The position numbers were made by a program, and so were the translations under genes. Under the pieces are notes generated by a model. That model was given only the letters and a program-made list of their open reading frames with translations. It was not told the origin of the DNA and did not search any database. 64,000 bases of DNA. Origin: Octopus sinensis. Its lineage: Eukaryota. Below, piece by piece: positions 54,626 to 64,000 of this stretch; position 1 is the first letter of the stretch, and every line of letters begins with the position of its first letter. The stretch spans positions 10,292,001-10,356,000 of the forward strand of contig NC_043004.1 of assembly GCF_006345805.1 (NCBI RefSeq). The letters are read 5' to 3'.

Positions 54626-54815
54626 CTCCGTTTGTCCCCTCACCATCGCTTGACAGCCAATATCGATGTGTTTACGTCCTCGTAACTTAGCGCTTCGGCA
54701 TAAGAATAAGTATTAGGCGCATAAAGAATAAGTCCTGGGGTCGATTTGTTCAACTAAATGCGGTGCTCCAGTATGGCCGCAGTCAAAGCGACTGAAACAA
54801 GTAAAAAAATAAAAG
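54457..54815 (+). mobile_element. SINE family A, near full length (5' halves also at 57565-57720 - and 59628-59775 -)
   Basis: Diagnostic blocks. Confidence 0.85.
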
Positions 54816-54980
54816 TATATTTATTTATGTATGTATAATCCCTACGACATAATTATACACGTACTGGCTACCAATGGTTTTACTTAGGAAGTAATTTCTA
54901 AGCCAGTTTGTGTATATTCTATATTCGTTAGATCTGCCCAAATAGCAATATACTTTATTTTTAAATCTCACAACGAGAGA

Positions 54981-55435
54981 TGTTCAGCAACAGTGCTTTG
55001 GAGTAAAGATTATTTGCCAACATAACATGGCAGTCCTGGTTTAGGACGAATGTTGCTGTAATTTAGCCCCCGAGGACATCGTCTCCAGCTGGCTATACGA
55101 CACGATCTGTGTCCTTATAGTAATTTTATAATTTATATATCAGTGACTAGTTGAAAACTATATATATCGAACGGGAATTTCGCAGCACCACCTCTAGCCG
55201 AACAATTATTCTGTGCTGATGAAGGGAAATAACCCGGAAATCGCGATACACATATTGTTTTGAGCTGAGTGGGGTTGCTAGATTCCCTTGTTCGAAATTA
55301 TAAGAACATAGATCGTGTCATATAGCCAGCTAGAATGATGTCTCCTGGGGCTAAATTACAGCAACATTCGTCCTAAGCCAGGATTGCCATGTTATGTTGG
55401 CAAACAATCTTTACTCTAAAACAGACATGTTGGAT
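54981..55435 (+). mobile_element. Fold-back element with a hammerhead at the apex
   Basis: Arms 54981-55119 / 55298-55435, plus inner degenerate arms 55148-55215 / 55249-55295. Confidence 0.8.
55212..55252 (+). ncRNA. Canonical minimal type I hammerhead
   Basis: tgtg-CTGATGA-a-ggg(aaataa)ccc-g-GAAA-tcgcga-TA-caca. Confidence 0.8.
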
Positions 55436-55609
55436 GTAAAATATTCATGGATCTCATTAGAGTCATCTCTTTGCATGAAACCACTGGTTGCTTACGTATG
55501 AATAATCGTGCTATAACTTAAGTAAATAATTCACTCTTAGTCGAAATAGAGCTCTCTCAACGCTTGTTCTCACTTTCACTTGCCGGCCACTACTGTTGTC
55601 CACTTTTAG

Positions 55610-55648
55610 CCAAGCAACAATCAGAAGGAAACGAAATCACAGTACCAT
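55610..55648 (+). CDS. Candidate 39-nt exon (KQQSEGNEITVP-C), resembling Ig A'/B strands
   Basis: Acceptor ctactgttgtccacttttag and donor cat|gtaatc, symmetric phase 1. Confidence 0.25.
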
Positions 55649-56280
55649 GTAATCTTTATAATAATATCATAAAAAGAAAAAATAAGCGAATTCCCCAGAA
55701 CTGATGCTATCAAAGGCAAATTTCATTTTAAATATTTCAATTTATTTTTCCTTTTATTCCATCATGAGTAGATCGTTTCCTAAAAGCGATTGAAATCGGT
55801 AACTCTTTCGTCAAAAGTACAAATATTATTCTGTTTTCCATTATAAAGTTCTACAACAACTATCTTCTTTACACACAGCACACACACGCACACACACATA
55901 CACACATGGTACATATATTCATTCATATGTATTTGTAAGTACATACATACATACACATGCACACACACACACATATATACATGGACACACACACACACAT
56001 GGCTGTCGTTAATGGTTCTTTGAACGCTTGGACCCTCTTATTTAAACTTTCTAAAACAAATCTGCGTCTTCTATATTTATTTTAAATAGAACATTATACA
56101 TTTTAATCAACAATATCGTTGGTCACTTATTAGTTTTGTGATGTATAATTTACTTGCAGAAACTTTCTTAGCTTAATTGGCTTATGTTGGCAGACAGCAT
56201 TAGTGGAGACAAAAATATTGAACAACCTGTGTATAATATATGTATATGAATATATATATATATAATATATATATATATAT

Positions 56281-56365
<85 letters not shown>

Positions 56366-57229
56366 ATATACACGCACATACATATATATATTTTATAAAT
56401 ATATAAATATATAAGTATATATATATATATCGTTATAGGTAGGCGAGTGTATGTGAGTATGTATACACACACACGCACACACGCACACACACACGTATAT
56501 GTCTGTCTGTATGTATGTTTTTATAAGTGAATATCTACCCATACACACGCAAACACGCATACCCTTTGTAATATTCGACTGCGATCTTGTTCTCAATCCA
56601 CATATACACACGAGCGGACGCCTACACATACACACACATGCGCTCACTAACGCACATATATACATACACTCCCGGAACTGTGTCTGTGTGTATCAGTATG
56701 TTTTATATATATATATATATGTATGTATGTGTTTGTATGTGTTTGTATGTGTGGGCGTGTGTGTGCGTGTGTGTGTGTGTGCATGTGTGTGTCTTCGAAT
56801 GTGCACGTGTGTACGCGTGTGTTTGACTACGCTGGTTAGTGGGGTACATCTCATTATGTGCACATCTTCTATTATTAGTTTCTTCTTGGAGCATGAAAAG
56901 TGTCGGAAGTTGAATAACAAAAGCAACGTTCGCTAATTATAATTAGAAAAATCTACAAGAATTTCCAGAGAAAGGAAATGAGCGACGCCAAATTAACGTT
57001 TTTTGTTTTTTTGTTCCTGTCTTTTATTGTTTTCAAGGGTAAGAGGTGTCTACATTGGGTAGGTGGGCTATTTTGGCATAATTATTATACCATCTGCCGT
57101 GTGACCCCGACATGTGGTGGCATCATTGTACTTCTGCTGACGAATTACACTTTGGAAGTTACGAAACAACGCTTCACCTACAACCTAAAAGACGAGGACC
57201 ACACCAGTAGCCCCGAAAAGATATTAAAT

Positions 57230-57230
57230 A

Positions 57231-57271
<41 letters not shown>

Positions 57272-57530
57272 ACTACTACTACAACTACTACTACTACTAC
57301 TACTACCTGCGCCACCACCACGATTATAACTACCAGTGCTATCAGTCTCACTAACTATTATTACAACTACTATTAGTACTACTACAACTACTACCAGCAC
57401 CAGTACCACCATACCACCATCAGCACCATTGACGACAGCAACAGCAGCAGCACCACCACCAACTGATGCAGGAGCAACACTATTACTACTACTACTACTA
57501 CAACTACTGTTGCAGCAATTTCCACTTCCT
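57230..57530. repeat. (TAC)n/(CAG/CAC) low-complexity tract
   Basis: Directly visible. Confidence 0.9.
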
Positions 57531-57869
57531 TGTGGAAATTGTTGCAACAGTATATATGTATTCGACGGGCTTCTTTCAGTTTCCGTCAACCAAATTCACT
57601 CATAAGGCTTCATTTGGTCCGAGGCAATAGAGAAGAAAATACTTGCCCAAGATGCCATACGGTGGGACTGAACTCGGAAACATGTGATCGGAAAGCAAGT
57701 TTCTTACCACACAGCCACGCTTGTATATCTAAATATTTTGCAGCGAGTAGCATTTTATTTAAAGTAGAATAATTAGCAATATCTTACCAGGGAGCGAACA
57801 TGTTTGTGTGGAGGTTGGGTAGATTACAAACCTCAGATGTACAGTACTTTTACATTTTTCCATAGTCAT

Positions 57870-58520
57870 TCATTGTAGGAGACCTGAATGCATATATCAC
57901 ATCCAGGTTTTCAAATATTACACATAACAATAGAGGTGACGTAAAATCATTGTTACTAGACTCCCACTACATCCTAAACAATGCATACCAATATACATAT
58001 GTATCGTTCAACACGCCAACAACAACAAATATTTCCCAGACATCACATCCTGATCTCCACAGGTGACTGCAACAAGCAATTGGCAAACAAGACTCAAGCC
58101 TTCTTCGAACCATCTGCTAATTATCATTACAATATACTTACACTAGAACAAAGAAAGCAAAAACACATTTGCAAGCTTTAAAAAACATAATTTTGCGAGT
58201 TCCACAAAGAAGCCGAAGTAAAACTTTCAGAATTTAACAATGCCACAATCACAAACATACACATCGTTATACTTCAGCAAAATAACTATAGACGCATTTA
58301 GAAAAACATACCCCGTGGAGCAACGTGGAGAAATATAATCCTAATTACACACCAGAAATAGCTAATTTCATAAAACCAGAGACAACCAGAAGCACAACAT
58401 ATTAAAAGCGAAATCTAATTCACCATCAAACAACTAAGCAATGACATAACATATAAACCTCCCTGAAAACTGGCAAACATTTGTATCCAACCTAAATTGT
58501 AAAACTAACAATAATACATG
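57870..58520 (+). mobile_element. Decayed APE-type LINE ORF2 fragment (I/Jockey/R1-like)
   Basis: FIVGDLNA, PDIT, W...SSNHLLIIITI (SDH motif), IPRG and W..F...L linker motifs across frameshifts. Confidence 0.65.
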
Positions 58521-58699
58521 ATATGCAGTAATTAGCGATATGCAACAAGAATAAAAACAACACCGCAGCCTTCTGGCATTTACAGGTTCCGGAAGTGTTA
58601 TTCGTGTACATTACATAAGCTGACAACCATTTTGTTTGCCAGCATTTTGTGTTGTTTCTTAGTTTCGTGTTACGAAATGTTTACAAGTTCCTGGTCATG

Positions 58700-59120
58700 A
58701 CTTTTGGGTGATGACTGAAAGAGAAAACTGCGAATACAAACGACTGAAATAGGGTTTCTCCGAAGGATCTGTGCTGGAAAGTTACTTGACAGGGTGCATA
58801 GTTCGGAGATCAAGGAGTTTCTCCAGGCCGAGTCACAACTTCTCCACATTGAGAGATGTATGTATGCGATATTCTAATTACATGTCCGTTATTACGGATA
58901 TATGATTAGAGACTATCGCAGAAAAGAATGGTGAAACGAATTTTTCATGATGAGCCAACTGACAGGAAAACTAGGGGTAGATCAAGAATGAGATCGTTAG
59001 ATAACATCAAGAGACTCAGTCGCTAACGCTTGAAATTCACCCGGAAAGTGTTAAAACGGTTGCAACTGATAAGAGTTGCGTAAAGATTCTACCCCTATGC
59101 CCTTTCCAAGAAAGCACTTA
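58700..59120 (+). mobile_element. RTE-clade LINE 3' ORF fragment
   Basis: WVMTER, RIQTTEIGFLRRI...LLDRVHSSEIKE.LQ...LLHIER, KRI...PT.RK.RGRSR.R.LDNI. Confidence 0.75.
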
Positions 59121-59861
59121 TTTACTCTCAGATGAATGACCAGAGCCTGAAACGACTTCGGATTTTTTAACATTTCACAACAACTGGACATAAAGAACTA
59201 TTATATAAACCCTTCTATTGACTAACAATTATTACTGAAACAGACTGTCACCAAACTCTTGAGATTCCTCATGTTTCCTCATTACATATAAAGCCCGTTG
59301 CATTTAATCTATGAATACACACACGCGGCCACAGTATCTGGAACAATTAAGATCTGCATGACCTTAATATTTAGAAAAATGAACAAAAAGAAGATACATT
59401 CCTTCACAACATAGCTAACAAGCAGGCGGTCAGTCAGGGAGGAAAAGAACACACGAACACTCACACGCACATACGCACTCCCCCACATATACACATACAC
59501 CCCTACCTACCTAACACAATGGCGCGAGCACACACACACATAGATAAACATACACGCACATGCATACACGCACGCACACACACACACACACACACACCAC
59601 ACACACACACACACACATATAAACAACAGACTTCTTTCAGTTTCTGTCTACCAAATCCACTCACAAACCTTTAGTTGGCCCAAGGCTTCTGTAGGAGACA
59701 CTTGCTGAAGATGCCATGCAGTGGGACTGAACTCGGAATCATATGGTTGGAAAGCAAGTTTCTTACCACGCAGCCATGCATACATGCACATGCACGTGGG
59801 TGTGCGTGCGCGCATGTATATGTATGTACATGCGCGTATACGCGGATTCTATGAACGTGTG

Positions 59862-60085
59862 TTTACCTTCGATTATTTTTACTTTCTCCTGATTCGAGTA
59901 ATCGCCCTTTATTTAACGGTCATTTCCATACCATTTTTGTTTGTCTTAAATACTGACGAGATGCCGGAGCAGAATTCCGCCCCGACATCCGAAACTGTGA
60001 GTTTTATTATGGCAACCGACAAATTGTCACATAATATATTATAGATAAATTCCTCTATTTACATAATATCAAGGTCTCATTCATT
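59862..60085 (+). mobile_element. Penelope-type 3' end with a hammerhead-like motif at about 59948-60008
   Basis: CTGACGA-gatg...catc-c-GAAA-c(tgtga)g-TT with an imperfect stem I. Same family as 39170-39314. Confidence 0.6.
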
Positions 60086-60138
60086 CTACATCACCTGTCT
60101 TCGTCTTTTGTTGGTTTTTTTTGTGAATTACCCCCCCC

Positions 60139-60197
<59 letters not shown>

Positions 60198-60254
60198 TAG
60201 ACAGACAGACAGACAGAGAGACAGACAGACAGAGAAACAGAGAGATAGAGAGAG

Positions 60255-60313
<59 letters not shown>

Positions 60314-60991
60314 AAGGTAGATAGATAGACAGATGTGAATAATAAGGATATATATGTATATATACACATGTGTGTGTATACATATATATATGTATGTATG
60401 TATGCATATGTATTAGTAGTAGTGGTGAACAGAAAATAGTATTATAGCATTTTAACATCAGGTGTGGTGTATGAATATTTCAATTCAATTAGCTGAAACC
60501 GATAGCGACTGAAATTCAACTTTTTTCCTCTTGTGGTTTCTACATCATACTTCAGTCAGCCCCGGCAAAAATGTAAATCCTTCTGATTTATTATTCATAT
60601 AGGTTGAAAAGCAATCTCTACAATGACAAGTAAAGGATGGTACTCAGTCACTCAGGAAATCCCAACGTAGGTTTGAAATTAGTCCTATTCATACCCCCTT
60701 CATTTATCTGCGAATATATTGTATCTGGAAACAAGGTATTTCCTCTTCTATATTACATACCCTGTTGGCTAAAATCTGTAGATATTTTCTGTAGTACGGT
60801 ATCGGATACCTGTGTGTGTTGTGTGTGTGAGCTTGTTTGTCTGTACTTGTGTGTTTTGTGTGTGTATGTGTGAATACGTATATCTATGGTCAATTCAAAT
60901 AAGCGGATAAAAACTGAAAAAATATTAAAAAAATAAACGTGATGACGTACACAAGGAATGTATTGGTTTGAGGTTCGGTGAAATGTGAGAG

Positions 60992-61023
60992 TTTGACGTT
61001 TCGAGCATAGCTCTTCGTCGAAA
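60992..61023 (-). ncRNA. Minimal hammerhead variant in a Penelope-type 3' end (about 60900-61070)
   Basis: tt-TCGACGA-a-gagc(tat)gctc-GAAA-cg-TC-aaa. The core is variant or 1 nt short. Confidence 0.5.
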
Positions 61024-61107
61024 GGTTAAAGGCAAAAGTCCAAAGATGGAAAAGAAATCGCCAACGGCACTCATATGTGTATATAAGTAGGTATAATTAT
61101 ACATGTA

Positions 61108-61199
<92 letters not shown>

Positions 61200-61664
61200 T
61201 ATATATATATATATAGTTATATATATATAAATAAATGTATATATGTATCTATATGTATGTATAAATACATATAAATATATAGAAAATAAGTCAAGGTAGA
61301 AAATGGTAAAATAATTTTATCATGAAGTACATTTAAGTACCGGTTTCTGTCTTTTAGACATTTTCAACTAAGAGTAAAATAAGAAAAGCAATTAAATTGG
61401 AGAAAAAAAATAAAGTGAAAAGTTTTGTAGATATTTCCATAGTCTTCAGATGTCATATATATATATATATATAATCGCTCACTCTCTCTCACTCTCTGTG
61501 TCTCTCTACATATATGTATATAAATATATGTATATATATACATACATATATAAATATATGCATATATGTATATATATGTACATATATATATATATATATA
61601 TATAGTATATATATATATATATAATGCATATATTATCTATCTATATATGTATATACCTATATAT

Positions 61665-61709
<45 letters not shown>

Positions 61710-61754
61710 TAAAATGAATATATTATCTATCTATATATGTATATACCTATATAT

Positions 61755-61823
<69 letters not shown>

Positions 61824-62245
61824 CGGCGTACGTACACTTTGTTCTCTTGTATGCATGTCTATGTATACAAACTTATAAACAGGGGTGATGTTTGCTGTAA
61901 TAACCGTAGCAGTTTTGCCGGTTGTGGTAGCGTTAAATGGTTGAAGAACAGATTGTCTGGAGTTGAAGATGATTTATTAGATAATTTTCTTCATGAAGAC
62001 ACAGCCATTCTGCAAAGAATTAAGTAGCAGGAAGCATCATGTGGTAAGGCAAGAAAAATTAAAGACGCTGGTTTGATGTAATTGAGTATTGGCAAGTGAA
62101 TCTAAATGTCAGAATGAAGCAGTTAGTTTCTAATCTATCTCATATAAACGTGGTTTGAATACATTTTATTTTGTGTGGGTAGATACTTGCGTGTGTTTAT
62201 GTCTCTACATTAGTGTATCTATGTATGTATGTGAATATGTATGAA

Positions 62246-62287
<42 letters not shown>

Positions 62288-62709
62288 TGTCTGTGTGTTG
62301 TGTTTTTGACTATTTTAAGTCAAGTAGTAGCAGGAAATTAAGTCACTTGTGAAGAACATAGCGCTAAACTTTGCATCATTTATAATAACATATTTCTTAC
62401 GTGGACACAAGGCCGTAGTTTTATTAAGAGATGGAAATGAGATTGTGCGGTTTTGGCGCATTTTCGACTTAAATATGTTGAATTAGTTCTATTAGTGTGA
62501 CAAAAACTTACACCAGTCTACCACCACCGTTATTTTTCCATTATATTACCTGATAATCTTGTGTGGTAGCAGGCTATTTCAGAAACACAAGTCACATTTC
62601 CTTCAAATTATAAACACCTTACGTACAAAGAAGTACTTTGTTGTGTCTGTCTGCAGGGAAAGAAAAGTGTTGATGATTGCTATTGACTTTAACTGATCTG
62701 CTTTCTCAG

Positions 62710-63040
62710 AACTAAACTTTGATCTGCTTGCTCAGAGTAAACATAACTATAGCAACATTAGTGTGGAATGTACCATGACAACAGCAAGAACAACAGTGTC
62801 AACTGTGGCTAAAAGAACGACCAAAACGACCAGCAATACAACCAGGCGAAACAGGGAGTGAACAACACGGGAGCAGGTCAGAAATGGAAACAAAAAGCAT
62901 TAGCAAAAATAAATACAACAAAGGCGACACAACATAACGGAGCTTGGGGCCAAGCAACCAATGGTTCCATTTTACTTCTTTTATTATTAATTGCCAATTC
63001 ATTACCATTTAACCAATTAACTAATAGATTGTGTTATTAA
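62710..63040 (+). CDS. Candidate terminal exon of a GPI-anchored surface protein (FN3-like end, Thr-rich stalk, omega site, hydrophobic tail), with one frameshift at GGG 62854-62856
   Basis: Acceptor ttaactgatctgctttctcag. With one extra G the translation is LNFDLLAQSKHNYSNISVECTMTTARTTVST...NGAWGQATNGSILLLLLLIANSLPFNQLTNRLCY*. Confidence 0.4.
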
Positions 63041-63275
63041 TTGTTCAGTGAATCAATCAATCAAGTAAGTTTGCCAAAATTCTTTCGTGGTCATTTGCGA
63101 TCTCATCAACCACTTGCCCTCTCTACACAGGGTCTACTTCAGATCGTTGGTATTGCGGTATTTTCCGGAGTGTAGTTGATATAATTATTGTCTGTCTCTG
63201 TGTATTGATATTGCCCCAGTTGTACCGTTGCAGTATATGGTAGTGGCTGTTTGTTAGTATTGTAGTCTCGCTGGG

Positions 63276-63661
63276 GTGGAGGCGCAATGGCCCAGTGGTT
63301 AGGGCAGCGGACTCGCGGTCGTAGGATCGCGGTTTCGATTCCCAGACCGGGCATTGTGAGTGTTTATTGAGCGAAAACACCTAAAGCTCCACGATGCTCC
63401 GGCAGGGGATGGTGGTGATCCCTGCTGTACTCTTTCACCACAACTTTCTCTCGCTCTTACTTCCTGTTTCTGTTGAACCTGTATTTCAAAGGGCCGGCCT
63501 TGTCACTCTGTGTCACGCTGAATATCCCCGAGAACTACGTTAAGGGTACACGTGTCTGTGGAGTGCTCAGCCACTTACACGTTAATTTCACGAGCAGGCT
63601 GTTTCATTGATCGGATCAACCGGAACCCTCGTCGTTGTAACCGACGGAGTGCTTCCAGTCC
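63276..63661 (+). mobile_element. tRNA-derived SINE family C, full length, with a 12-bp TSD
   Basis: TSD agtctcgctggg at 63264-63275 and 63662-63673, with an A/B-box head. Confidence 0.9.
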
Positions 63662-63885
63662 AGTCTCGCTGGGAAATGTAGTGGCTATCGACGTACTATG
63701 TAATGTAGTATTACTAGTGTTTTGTTAGGTATATGTTGGTAGTGGCTATGTAGCGTATAGGGGTGTATTTTAGCATGTTGATGATATAGGTGAGTGTCGT
63801 CATATACTATTGTAGTGTTGTTGTGGTGTGTTGTTTACGTGGTTGTATTGATGCAGTGTTGCTGTTGTGTAATGCAGTACTAGTG

Positions 63886-64000
63886 TGGGCGCGTGGCTTA
63901 GTGGTTAGGGCATTCGGCTCATGATCGTAAGGTTGTGAGTTCGATTCCCAGCGACGCGTGGTGTACTTGAACTAAACACTTTATTTCACGTTGCTCCAGT
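63886..64000 (+). mobile_element. SINE family D head (runs off the window)
   Basis: gggcgcgtggcttagtggttagg...gttcgattccc...gaactaaacactttatttcacgttgctccagt. Confidence 0.8.

Noticed and set aside
56172-56228. Ig-like exon [19 protein letters not shown]
   Set aside because: The donor is weak, and the segment resembles a Tc1/mariner terminus (ttgaacaacctgtgTA).
57135-57180. CTGACGA...cGAAAc motif
   Set aside because: Stem II is mismatched, there is no UH site and stem I does not pair.
56978-57376. 132-aa ORF / exon after a strong polypyrimidine tract
   Set aside because: No recognisable domain and no downstream donor, and it runs into (TAC)n.
61839-62027. ORF with VKWLKN (Ig C-strand-like)
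   Set aside because: The acceptor is weak and an in-frame stop precedes the only good donor.
63281-63355. tRNA gene
   Set aside because: It is the tRNA-like head of a SINE, with a long body and a 12-bp TSD, and has no complete cloverleaf.

Overview
This is repeat-dominated eukaryotic DNA. The SINE families and the extreme (TA)n/(TATG)n/(CA)n density point to an octopus or other coleoid cephalopod; that assignment is an inference. No complete protein-coding gene is visible, and nearly all ORFs in the supplied track are microsatellite translations. Supported content: (1) a young 5'-truncated Penelope-like element (RT plus GIY-YIG) with a 697-bp inverted pseudo-LTR; (2) about 10 minimal type I hammerhead ribozyme motifs in several Penelope-type 3' ends; (3) a recurring fold-back architecture whose turning point often lies in or beside the ribozyme, and at 55.2 kb stem I extends into a hairpin of about 230 bp; (4) four tRNA-derived SINE families, one forming 184-bp head-less multimers with a fixed junction at several loci; (5) 3' ends of R4/Dong-like RLE LINEs stacked inside (TACA)n; (6) RTE and APE LINE fragments, Tc1/mariner and Tigger remnants, and a GG-ended MITE with an 8-bp TSD; (7) weak-to-moderate evidence for a plus-strand, long-intron gene for a GPI-anchored Ig/FN3-like surface protein with small exons. 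Several frameshifts and perfect tandem duplications look like long-read assembly errors.
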